Assembly: GCA_000934665.2 (NCBI GenBank)
Contig: KZ539129.1
Coordinates: 1 to 32,942 of the forward strand
Direction: 5' to 3'
From: Catajapyx aquilonaris
Taxonomy: Eukaryota
Length of the DNA stretch: 32,942 nt
Notes under the pieces: generated by a model
What the model was told of the DNA's origin: nothing
Seen by the model: only the letters and a program-made list of their open reading frames with translations
Database searches by the model: none
Shown here: positions 11,230 through 22,222 of the stretch, one piece after another
Position numbering within the stretch: the stretch's first letter is position 1
Layout: each line of letters begins with the position of its first letter
Translations under genes and position numbers: made by a program

Positions 11230-11455
11230 CTCTTATGAAATAGCTTAGTGATTCAGCCTTCCACAGGTACTAGCTAAGGAGTTCCAACAGTCGTAATGTC
11301 TCTGAATATGAAAGCATTGTAATAGATGTTGGAAATACTATCACAGTTCAAGCCAGTAGCTTGAGACTAACTCGTAACCTAACAATAAGTGAAGTTCGGA
11401 CACAAACATGCCAGCCACGATTTGGAAGCAAGTTCCACAATCCACGACTCGTCGG
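11230..11455 (-). pseudogene. Possible highly decayed CR1/L2-type LINE ORF2 3' ends
   Basis: Frameshifted minus-strand peptides RVVD-WNLLP (~11420-11452) and AFIFR..DCWNSL..AESLSYF (~11235-11315) resemble the 'R....WN.LP...A.SL..FK' C-terminus of CR1/L2-clade ORF2. Similarity judged by eye only. Confidence 0.25.
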
Positions 11456-12390
11456 TTACATATAATCTTCTAATCGGATTATAGCCCGCAGTCCAAAGTG
11501 TAGATATCATCGATATTAGTTGTGACGGGACTTACTCCCTGATGCGATTATCTAACACTTCAGTGATAACACGTGCTGGCATTTTCCCAACCATCGGCAT
11601 TTTTTATCCTCCCCCAGAAGCCTGTGAAAGAGACAATAATGATGCAGTGATGACTCGGCATACATAATCCCCTACCTACTGTAATGAGTTTGGTGTGAGG
11701 GGACAGGATTCAATCAGAAAGTTAGATAGGGATCGATTCTAGCATATCCTGGGGCCTCATAAATATTTATTAAGGAGCGTGAGACTTGGCCAAACGGGGA
11801 GGATTTTTCTACACCAGTGCTTTTTCCAGCACGTGACCTCTCGTTTGAGCCCCATTTTGACTCCTTCACGCTTGGCCACGCCCGAAGATTCAATTACCAC
11901 TGAGTGGGGGTAGGTAATCAGTTTATGGCAAGATCGCTTGGGAAACGGAGCAGGTGAGCTGTTCGAGGCTGCTGATTGGAGCAGTCGACCGTTTCGACTG
12001 TCATTTGTCTTGCGGAAGGAAGGAAGGAGCGAACAAAGAGGGGAGGACACCAGGGGAGCAATCATTTACTCACTGATTTTCCGGGAGAATTCCTTGTAAA
12101 ATGTGTCTTAAAAGTATTACACTGGAAAACAACGGTTGTGGTCAGGACGAGATCTACGATGTCCAAATGAACACATTTTGTATGTAATATTGTAACAGTA
12201 CCATATGTCAAAGTTTTAAACTATGCGTAGAAGCTGCCTGTCAATATTATGGTACTTGTAAATTGACATTTAGGAATTGAATTAGCGCCTCGCCTATTTA
12301 TATCGGTGGAGGGTTTTAAAAATGCTTTGATTTAGTGACTATTTCATTGTTTTCCCTGAATACAACCACATGAACCCTTTTATAACCGTA

Positions 12391-12623
12391 CTAGCTGCGG
12401 CACCCGGCGTTGCCCGGGAAGAAATGAATTAAGGGAAAACACCTGCCAGTACCCCCGTCAACTGTCTGTCTTTCTGTGTGTCCGGCCACCAATGCCATCT
12501 ATGGTCCTGCTACTCCAACACCTCCATCCTCTCCCGGCCTGGGGGTGGAGCACAGATGGCAGGCAAATGACGGTTGGCAGGCGGACAGACAGACAGACTC
12601 ACAAACTGCTTTATTTATATAGA
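12391..12623 (-). mobile_element. Non-autonomous Helitron, 233 bp
   Basis: Minus strand: host A | TCTATATAAATAAA... with a (CTGT)n tract ... GC-rich hairpin CCCGGGCAACGCCGGG (12403-12418), 8 nt before the terminal CTAG | host T. No TSD, and insertion between A and T. These are the canonical Helitron hallmarks. Confidence 0.92.
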
Positions 12624-13490
12624 TAGGCCTACTGTATACACAGACCTTTCCGTCATATTTCAGTTTTATTTCATCTATGCAACACTCGTATCTCTTTTTC
12701 ATATACGGCAAATTTGCTGTCTGTGTCTACGTATATGTGACCTTAAAAGAGCACACAGTAAAATATGCTTCTAACTGACCCTGGATACAGCTGAAACATT
12801 TGTTTGACCCTGATGGCGAAGGATTATTAATATAGCCGATTTTGTCGCAAGTATATCGAAAACTCTTGACGAATCGACTCCGATCTAGACAGGTTTTATT
12901 GATATGAATGTATGACACTCTTCAGTTCCGATTTTCCAAAGTGCGCCATTGGCATTAATATTAGTTTCTTTAAAATGCCTTATTTAAAAAAAATCAATAT
13001 ACGCTATAGAGTTAATATTGCATATTTGCAGTTTCTAATCATTGTCAGAACAAAACATTGGAATCAGAAATACCGTATATGTAGACTCTGGAAACGGGAC
13101 AATTTCAGCCTGTTCCCCATCTGCATGAAGGGGATCCATGGGACCGGTGAAAGTGGGAATGGCTCAATTTCAACATCACAAAAGCAATACACATGAAATC
13201 CAATATTATTTTAAGACAAAATTACCAATGTCGTATTTTGGAAATTGGTGAATGAAAAGTGTCTAAATATAATAGACTATTAAAAATAAAATGGCATTTT
13301 TGATTTAATACCTAGATATTCAATTTAGCTGTGCTTATATAAATACAGTGCTGGTCAAACTTTTAAGTCGAATACATGACTGTTGGTTTTCACCGAGTCC
13401 TAATACTTGTATTTTTCAATAATGAATAAATATAGGCTACTGCTGATGCCATCTCCTAAGGTGACAATCCTGAAGATGGAGGAAGAGAAA

Positions 13491-13625
13491 AGTTGATGGA
13501 TTGGTCACCCCTGGGCTGCATTCGAACTCCAGTTCAGACTCGGAACAAGGTTAGGGTATTCCTTTATCTTTCTGCATTCCGCCGACTTTCTTTAAATCGC
13601 CATGAGGGTGAACAATCCATCAACT
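13491..13625. repeat. Short inverted repeat (20-bp arms, 95-bp spacer), likely a decayed MITE
   Basis: AGTTGATGGATTGGTCACCC (13491-13510) versus GGGTGAACAATCCATCAACT (13606-13625), one mismatch. Confidence 0.6.
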
Positions 13626-14800
13626 CTTTCCTGTCCCCCAACATCCAGATTGTCAACATGAGCACAGTAACACCCTGCATATTCAGTACTAGCACGGTAC
13701 CCGTTCTTCGCACCTTATATGTAACCTATGACAAGGTAAGATGAAGGGTTAAATTATTCGATCCTTCGAAAATGCTACAATGATCGTTTGCGTCAAAATA
13801 AATTCCGAATTGCACTACATTTGTTCAGGCTCTTTTACAAAATTATATTTCGACAAATTTGAAAACACATCGAAATAATGAAATTGCCACAAAAATCACA
13901 ACCCAGTCTTTTTTTGCAGCAGTTATCACAGCATGGACGTGTACGATGTAAATAATAACCATGTCCTCTTCCTTGCAATTTGCGACACCCTTCCAGCAAA
14001 ACACTAGCTTCTGAATAAGCAGCGTCAATTGGTTGATCCATAGCTTTGCTCTTGGGGAATTGTCTTAATGGAATGTTCCCGGAAACGAGCCCGGAAGATT
14101 CCAGGATGATTGGGGGCGCCTGACATCACAACCCCTGCACACTTCCTCTTTCTTCATCCCTTTTTTTTGCATCCCTCCAATCCCCCCCCCCTCCCCCCCC
14201 ACTCTTGTTTGGAGTTGGCTAAGAGAGACACGAGAGAAAAGATGAGTAATGGAGGTCGGCACAGATTTGGCTTTGTTTCCCCTCCTCATCCTGACTTATA
14301 TTGATGGCCCACACAGACTCAACCACCGTTACAGATTTTAGACTCAACAAAACTCAGCCAAATTTCTTCAACCCACGATCATTGATTCTTGATCTTTGTC
14401 CCACGCCATTCACTATCACATTTGTTATATTCTCTTTTCGGCGAGCAGTAAACAATTCAGGAAGCAATTATAATCAAATTGTGACCCCTGCCTAATCTAT
14501 TCCCCCCAATCTCATGTACCCCCCTTAGGGAGAGTGTTCCGAAACAAGCTAACTGGTGGCCGTGCAGTTGGTTCTGACCAAGAGCGGCTGATCTGAGAGT
14601 ACAATCAGACCCACACCCCACCCTCTTCTTGTACTGTTCAGCATCCAGCAGCAGATGGCCTCTACTCGGGAACAATCACTAGGGTTGTTTTGGGCCTCTC
14701 TAGTCTGAGGGGGGACCTCAATATGGTCACAAAAACATGTAGCAGTAGCGTACATCAAATGAGTTATCACTAAATACGATAAAATTAAATTAAGTATCAG

Positions 14801-14870
14801 TACTCTCACCAGGAGTCGAACCTGGGACCTCCAGCGAAAGCTGTTGCTCTTCCATCTGAGCTATGAGAGC
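14801..14870 (-). ncRNA. tRNA-like sequence (pseudo-tRNA or Pol III promoter of a repeat) with a 4-nt anticodon loop
   Basis: GCTCTCA-TA-GCTC-AGATGGAA-GAGC-AA-CAGC-TTTC-GCTG-GAGGTC-CCAGG-TTCGACT-CCTGG-TGAGAGT-A. It has a 7-bp acceptor stem, a 4-bp D stem, a perfect T arm and intact A/B boxes, with TTTT about 17 nt downstream. The anticodon loop is too short to decode. Confidence 0.75.
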
Positions 14871-17800
14871 ATCATTGTTGTAGTAAGCTACATATCGTAT
14901 TTAGTGATTGTCAACAATTTCTGGTGTCAACAGACCTGATGTCGTGCGATGATGCAAACCTGGCCAGCAAATTGGACCTTTTGGAGCCATGTGACTAAGG
15001 CTCAGAGTGAATGGCGAGTGGCAGTTGTGGACCCCCTCGCCTTTTCTATTCATACCAGGGACAAAAGGGACCGACCTGTTGGGCATCACAGACTCGTTGG
15101 ATTCATATTAGAGCCACGTGGGGGAACATACAAGGGGGTGGAAGAAGTGCCTACCAAACTAACACCCACACTACCATCGCGAAACTCTAAAGTTAAGTAA
15201 TATGATTCATTAACAATGAGTAGATCCTCTGCATTATACTACAATTGAGCCAAGTGGCTGATATGATTGAGAGTGCCATATGTCGTTTGGTTAATTTAAT
15301 GATTTTTTTTTAAAAAAAAATCTCTCCAAAATACACCCACTCGATACAGAGTAGGCGGACCATCCCCAAGAAGTGTTATTCCCCAAATACGACTTGGCTC
15401 CGGAACATTAGAAAAGAGTGTCACAATCGTTCCTGGGTAAGGGGGGCGGTATGGTAGGTGGGGAGGATAGTCATAAATTCAGGTCCTTTCTCCCGCTTAT
15501 CTTGACTGCCATGAATTATTTCTATTCCCCCNACCCGTCGCCCCCCCCCCTCAACCAACCCCTATGGCGCGTAATGGAAGCCGTAATATAGAATTTAGGG
15601 GGACTGGCACAGACCAGGCATAAAGATAGCGTCTCTCTCGCTGACTAGGAGTGACCAACATCTTAGTCTTCTCCCCCCCTCAGCCTCTCCCCGCAAGAGC
15701 AAATCGCATTATGGGGGCTGCATCATAACTAAACTAATTGCCGTCGCCCGAATGATTCAGTGTCATCGCCACCGATTTACTTATCCTAATAGGCTAGGGT
15801 GGGAATAAGAAGGGGGGGGGGAGGGGGGGGGGACCATTTTTTAAGCCTACCCTATACTCCATGCCCTTCTCGACGTANGGGGACCATTTTTTAAGCCTAC
15901 CCTATACTCCATGCCCTTCTCGACGTACAAATTTGTTATCCTCTCTTCTCTCCATTTCATTTCGGGGATCGGGGATGCCACGCTCAATTTCGTCGATTTT
16001 TTTTTTTTTTCATTTTTCTTTTTCTCTTTTATTTCTTATATCCTGGGGGCAGAAGAGAGCGGCGCTTTGTTGCGGCAAAGCTTCGGAAGGGCACTTCATT
16101 TGCCTCTTACGAGGACTCAAAAAAAAGGGGGAATCCACAAGTAGATGAGGCAAGTAGCTCCGGATATTTGATTTATAGAGGGCGAGGGCGAATCAAAAAT
16201 ATGAAAAAAAGGAGAAGAGGAAGGGTCTGGATGGCGCCGAGTTGGGCACGTTCTTGTATAGTATAGAAGAAACTTGTATGTCATTTTAGTTGTGCAATAT
16301 TGATAGAAGGAGAGGGGATATTTATTTGGCCTTCAACGTTGATTCGATTGTAGGATAAGTGTATGGTTCTTTGCTCTTTCTTGATGGCTTTGTTTATTCG
16401 CTCAAGTGGGGTGTGGTGGACAACGCTCTGCTCTACGAGCCTCCTCTGCAAAGTTAGGGACATAGTAAAACCATGTATGTACCATATGTATATCATTGTC
16501 AATGGAAAGTGCGACCTTCAAATGCGATTATCTCTAAATGACAAAAACCACACATAGGCCTACAGGGTTTTTGCTTGGGGCGTCAGACTGACACTCGAAA
16601 CTTTATGTGATTATACTGTAGAATGGTTTAGTTTATACAGTATATCCCGATGATATATATAATTATATATTCGTAGTAGCTGACTGAGTATCACCTATAG
16701 TTGACTGATAATGATCCGGTTAAGATTGTGCCCTTTTCCCAAGGTGACCAATGTTCAAGTTATTATGTCTTGAGAGATATCTGCGAAATGTTTTGATATT
16801 GTATCAGACGTGGTAGTGTAAACGAACGCTGTTGCTGGTTTAACCAAGGGAGGAATGTTGATATGTGATAATAGTTTTCTGCTTTATATTTTCCAAGCGA
16901 TAACTGATCACACCTTGCTGGGTAATTCACTAGATTAATGTGTTTTTCCAACAAAAATGGCATTAATGAAATTATTCCTTACATATAGCAACATAGGACG
17001 TATGGTGTCAACTAAAATATAGGACTATATAACAATTCTCCATTTATTCTGAACCTTTCATTACAATGACATGCGAATACTCACTCCTCTTTTAGAGGAA
17101 TCAATTTTGTCTTATATCTTCATTTACACTGTTGTCAAGCAACTTCAAGGCTTTTCTGATGATGATCATCACACAAACTATACATTGGGGTGCCTGACAA
17201 GCAAATACATTTTAATTACAATTGTGTTACTTATACCACTGTGTAATGTTTATTGCAGGCTATGGCACCTGGCAGCACTGTCTTACACACTTCACAGTGA
17301 CTTATTACCTATATAAACAACACCACAATCACTACAGCTATATGACATCACAAGGCTTGGACTAGCACAGATTCAAAGTGAAGTGTTTTTCCTTCCACAT
17401 TTGCCAATAAATTGTGCGCAATATCACAAACAAACAAGTCACTATTGATTTGAGGATTAGTTAGTACAGTATATATGTTATTATCACTTCCACGAAAGGC
17501 TCTATCAGTTTTCTACAATAAAGTTACTATACGGAGAAGTAGAACAGCTGTATACAACGTCTTGCAATATTATGGGATAAGGAATGGAGTTACACGCGTA
17601 ATTAGCTCCATCGATACCATACAAACACTGTCGTAGCCAATACGCAGTTTCATATTTGCCTGCCGTTCAACGAAAAATAAATGACCAAATAACTGTTAAG
17701 AATCACGTACCCGCCATGGAATAGTTTAATATCCAAATATTCAGCCTTATAAATAGCTGTAGGCTATGAGTGAATTGCAAAGTTAAAAAGTGGCAGAATC

Positions 17801-18315
17801 CTAATCATGGCAGAAAAGTGACTGTTAAATTAATAATGAGTCGACAAGGCATATGTTAATGCACATATATGTAACGCGTACTCCACGCAAATGTCAACTC
17901 ACTCAAACACTTTCAAATGTCAGCGTCCATCCAACTCACTAACAAGGAATAGCCGTGAATTGCAATACGCCACTTGCATGATATCTTACAGAATACATCG
18001 GCACCACACTTTTGTGCTGGAATTACAATTCAGAAAAATTTGGGTGGAAAAGTCACCGCCCATGCTTACAGCCACGTGCCATGCAACAGGGGTCCACGAC
18101 GACGCGTGTTCCACGTAAGGTCGGCGGCAGTGGCCTTAACACAAGCTGGATAAACCCTTCCGTCCTATCTTTTGACAAAAGTAGTTTTGTGATTCTGATA
18201 ATTATGTCGATGATAAGTTTGACTGCATTATGCTCAATTTTGCCAAACTCGCCGCTATGGAAACATTCTGCGATCATTCCATGCAGTGTAATCTTAAAGC
18301 GTCTGATCTATTCAC

Positions 18316-19282
18316 AAGGGAAGGCCGTGACGTGTCACTAACGGATTTGGACAAAAATCTCTCAGTGGGTAAATCACATGCGTAGAATTCACTGGTGAAC
18401 GTAAAAACACGCACTGCGCAGCCATTTTCGAGATATGAGTGACGTCAGATCCTGCGCGCTCAATAGTGCATCCGCTTGCTCCCTTTTTATATTTTTTATC
18501 ATCATCGAAAAAAGCCATCTAGAACGGCTCTGTCTGTCCGTCTGTGGACAGGTATCAGAGCATCAACCGCAACAGATAGCGGCAAACGGTTTTCGGACTA
18601 AAGCATGTGCCACAGGACATTGAATTGCAGTATGTGCAGACAAAAATATAATCAGGTGAAGAACTTAACTAGAGAAAGACGGGCGGAAGAATGGGACAAA
18701 ACAAGATTGGCAAATCACGAGAGCGTGATTAGAATACGGTAGACTTTTTCTCATTCTTTCAAGTATGAAACTTTACAGGTAATTTTTCCCTAAAGAAAGT
18801 AACATTGACGATGAAGTAGTCTAATATTCCAGTTTAATCGTACTAAATTTACAAATGGTTGTAGGCCTAACAAAAGATTACAGTAGAGCCCCTATTATCC
18901 GTCACGGGACTGGGGCTCAAACTCTGAAGTAGACTTGTGCGAATAGAGTGAACCCGGAAAACCGGAAGTGGTGGTCACCGGAAGTTGGCCATGACACCTA
19001 TTATTTAGGTCACGTTTAATCCGAGTCCGAAAACCGTTTGCCGCTATCCGTTGCGGTTGATGCCCTGATACCTGTCCACAGACGGACAGACAGAGCCGTT
19101 CTAGATGACTTTTTTCGATGATGATGCACTATTGACGAGCGCGCCGGATCTGACGTTACTCATATCTCGAAAATAGCTGCGCAGGGAGTGTTTTTGCGTT
19201 CACCATTGAATTCTACGCATGTGATTTACCCACTGAGCGATTTTTATCCAAATCCGTTAGTGACACGTCACGGCCTTCCCTT
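18316..19282. mobile_element. Large foldback element with ~260-280 bp terminal inverted repeats
   Basis: AAGGGAAGGCCGTGACGTGTCACTAACGGATTTGG ... CCAAATCCGTTAGTGACACGTCACGGCCTTCCCTT. Arms 18316-18599 and 19024-19282 are highly complementary, and the left arm carries a ~25-bp insertion. Superfamily unresolved. Confidence 0.92.
18881..19020 (+). mobile_element. Possible nested pogo/Tigger-like left-end fragment in the foldback spacer
   Basis: TA|CAGTAGAGCCCCTATTATCCG resembles a Tigger-type TIR start. No right TIR seen, so the right boundary is approximate. Confidence 0.35.
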
Positions 19283-19565
19283 ATCAGTACAGATCAGGTG
19301 TGTCCTTTCTCGAGCCTGATATTCAGCAGAAGAGTACAGAAAAAACACTACCCAGGTTGTCCTTCATAGTTCTCCCCAGGGAAAGTTCCTAACACTACTC
19401 GGTAATCACTGTTTTATCGATGACGCCATAAGGGTTGACCGATAACGTTGACCTGCTGGATCCAGGTGTTTCACACCGGTATTAAGGCTGGATGTTAAAA
19501 GTCTGGTCTAAGCCTGCCTTTTCAGATCACGTCATTTTGTGCCTTCCCATCATGGCGACCCTGAC

Positions 19566-20513
19566 TCAAGATGGCTGCTTGTAAGGCGGCGTGGGTGAGA
19601 TAGCGTAGGACACTCCCACTGCAGGTCTCAACTTGTCCGGCGAGGAGGTCAACTGCAACGGTGTTTGCGGCGTGGCTGGTAATCTCGGGAAACCTGCAGG
19701 TACTTGACCCCCAGACGACGATGAGTTGAGGGATTGACTACCTCCAGCACCAGTGACGCTTTCATACCCGGCGAGCAAGGCCGGATTTGGTATAGGTATC
19801 CCCGCTGTCTGGTTCATGTACGAGATGATGCGCCTCATTTCCTCCAGAGCATTCGCTTGCATTAGAATATAGTTCTTGGCCAGCAGTAAAGTGGCGATTT
19901 TGGACAGTTTTCGAACTGACGGCGAGTGGGCGTAGGGTATGACACTTCGCAGTTCGTCCAATGCATCGTTCAGGTCGTGCATTCGACGCCTCTCACGCGC
20001 GTTGATGCTCAGCCGTATCGCCTTCCCTTGACGATTCTTTTTCGACCCCATCTTCGGTTTGCTGCCGCCTTCTTCCTCGCTGGTGAACCTGTTCTCGTCA
20101 TGTTCAGAATCCTGACCTTTGTCTGTCATGTCTTTGTTCGGTTCCCCATCAGTTGACGGGCTGGACTTACAACCGCTACCTTCACCTTCACCTGGGTCTT
20201 CTTTTTGGTCGTGGTGATGATGGTGGTGATGGTGGTGTGATGGGTGATGGTGATGATGTCGAAGAAGTACGACGCCTTCCTTTGATGTGCCACCTTTGGC
20301 GTCGTCTGGTGGGTACCCTTTTCCAAAGACGTAACCCGGAGCGTCGAGAGTGTACCCGGGAATGTTAGCCATTCGTGAGTCGAACCCTGGGTTGGTGGAA
20401 TGGAACGGAAATCTGCGTTCTTCCATGTCACCTTGCCGGTCCTCCTGTTGGCTGAGGAGGTTGTTGATGCTCATGATGGCAGGAGGATACGACGGGTACA
20501 AGTTGCCCTCCAT
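19566..20513 (-). CDS. BHLHE22: Beta3/BHLHE22-23 (Drosophila Oli-like) class basic helix-loop-helix transcription factor, 315 aa from the first ATG
   Basis: Uninterrupted ORF. The b[65 protein letters not shown] (core ~19857-20015) carries the diagnostic Beta3/Olig-family [27 protein letters not shown] signature. The track start at 20534 is a GTG, the first ATG is at 20513, and there is an in-frame TAA further upstream. The N-terminus has a His tract. Confidence 0.95.
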   Translation of the reverse strand: MEGNLYPSYPPAIMSINNLLSQQEDRQGDMEERRFPFHSTNPGFDSRMANIPGYTLDAPGYVFGKGYPPDDAKGGTSKEGVVLLRHHHHHPSHHHHHHHHHDQKEDPGEGEGSGCKSSPSTDGEPNKDMTDKGQDSEHDENRFTSEEEGGSKPKMGSKKNRQGKAIRLSINARERRRMHDLNDALDELRSVIPYAHSPSVRKLSKIATLLLAKNYILMQANALEEMRRIISYMNQTAGIPIPNPALLAGYESVTGAGGSQSLNSSSSGGQVPAGFPRLPATPQTPLQLTSSPDKLRPAVGVSYAISPTPPYKQPS

Positions 20514-20807
20514 CTGATCACGGTCATAGGCCACTCTCTGGTGATGCTGAGGGTAGGAGGGGAGGATTTTGGGCCCTAGATCTCTCTGCGCTAATTATGA
20601 CTTATGGAGCACAACTCTGAACAACATCTCAAGTCACTTCATTACCTCTTAATGACCAATAAAGGAAATCATCATATAAAGAAAGATAGGTTCACGTAAG
20701 GCGACATACGTCACGCGGAGCTTTTTGATTATCTCCCCTATCCCCATGTCACGCACAGTCACGATGCTGTACGTTCTCTTCTCCCACCTGCTTTTTTCGC
20801 TCCTCAA

Positions 20808-20813
20808 AACTGA
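20808..20813 (-). promoter_or_regulatory. Candidate initiator (TCAGTT) for the bHLH gene
   Basis: The minus strand reads AAGTCAGTTTTGAG about 300 nt upstream of the ATG, matching the TCAGTY Inr consensus. A 6-mer alone is weak evidence. Confidence 0.25.
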
Positions 20814-21869
20814 CTTTCTGAGGAAGGTGGTGGGAGGAGGGGAAAGGTCGTTCGTTAATTGAAATTACGATTAAATTTTAGAGTACCCTAGTTTTATTAC
20901 GACTTTTGAGAGTGACACTTCATGCTCATCCGAATCCCACTCCTCGAGTCTTGGTCCGTCACACTGGAATCGACACCCTACAAGCGTGATGTACTTGATG
21001 GGCAACCCAACATTTAGGAGTGGCCAATTTGAAAGTGACACGCGATAGCTGAACGAACACTCATTAAATGTGAGAACCTGCTGTGCCATGTTAGAATAAA
21101 TAAATTTTACTTAAATTGCAAACAAACAAGTATAGGTATACTTATTGTTAGAATGTTGTCAGCACCTAACATGGTTACAATGTTAAGGTGATTGGGAATT
21201 CCAACAGAAAAATCAGCAACCAAGGTACCCGTCCGTAATCTTCCATATTAAAAATAAGAACGAATGTACAGGGTGCTTCATAGAGGTCGAAACATAATTA
21301 TGTGGATTAGATCGCGAACGAATCGTTTTGGAATGAAATTAAATGGATTTTCCATATCTTATTGCACTTGGTATGATATGTCTTACGCCAAGTGTTTGGT
21401 GGTGGAGACCTTCGAGTTCCTCTCTAGATGTTACATGTGGCATATATTTCAAGAGCGTGTACTTCATATTCTAACTTGTAGGTTAGCGGACCGTACTGTG
21501 TGACACGTATATATTTTGAAAAGGTTTAGGTTAAATTGGTCCAGGCCACGAGTATATTAGAGAGAGATTCTGAGATAATTGGGTGGTTTCCAAAAAAATG
21601 TGGTAAAATAGTTGGTGCACTGCACACCTTTGTTTCCGGTGAACTATGGAACGATTTTTCCGAAACTAACTCCAAACAATGAAACCGCGAGATACTATAC
21701 AGTATAAGTGAAGGTACGAAAAGCATAATGATCAGACTCAAAATTTTTGTAGAAATTGAGTTAGCCATTGGGAAATATAATCCAACACGCGCATATTTCT
21801 TATTGCCGTCAGAATTCTGATAGAAATACTGTATTACAGTTTACGAGAGAAGATAATTATGGAAAATCA

Positions 21870-22222
21870 GCCCACGGACACTTATACTACGTTCTGGCGT
21901 TATCACCTGCCGAGGCATTTTGCCGCGGGTGCTCACCTGAGACCGCCATGAGACATTTCGGAGGCCAGGATAAGTGGCGACCCTACCGGACTAAGGCTGA
22001 ACTTTATAGGTACGAAAGGGAAGCGCTACATGCTGGCCCAACATGGCCGCCGGCGGCCATGTTGGGCCCCCCCAATGTAGCCCTCCCCTTTCGTACCTAT
22101 AAAGTTCAGCGTAGTCCGGTAGGGTCGCCACTTATCCTGGCCTCCGAAATGTCTCATGGCGCTCTCAGGTGAGCAACTTCTGCAAAACACGTCGGCAGGG
22201 GGTGGGTGGGAGTGACCAGACC
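21870..22222. mobile_element. Palindromic (foldback) MITE family P, copy 2
   Basis: Perfectly palindromic centre CCCAACATGGCCGCCGGCGGCCATGTTGGG. The arms share GTGCTCAC, CGCCATGAGACA and GTGGCGACCCTACCGGACT with copy 1. It lies about 1.35 kb upstream of the bHLH ATG. Confidence 0.88.

Noticed and set aside
13345..13370. Tc1-like terminus TA|CAGTGCTGGTCAAA
   Set aside because: No partner TIR found and too short to call.
13470..13495. CTGAAGA...GAAA hammerhead-like core (similar weak ones near 14936 and 28307)
   Set aside because: The required stems I-III could not be formed convincingly.
15829..15927. Exact 49-bp tandem duplication
   Set aside because: The two copies are separated by a single N next to a poly-G run, the typical signature of an unmerged contig overlap, so it is most likely an assembly artefact.
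19926..20431. Alternative-frame and antisense ORFs over the bHLH gene
   Set aside because: They are shadows of a GC-rich coding sequence with no independent evidence.
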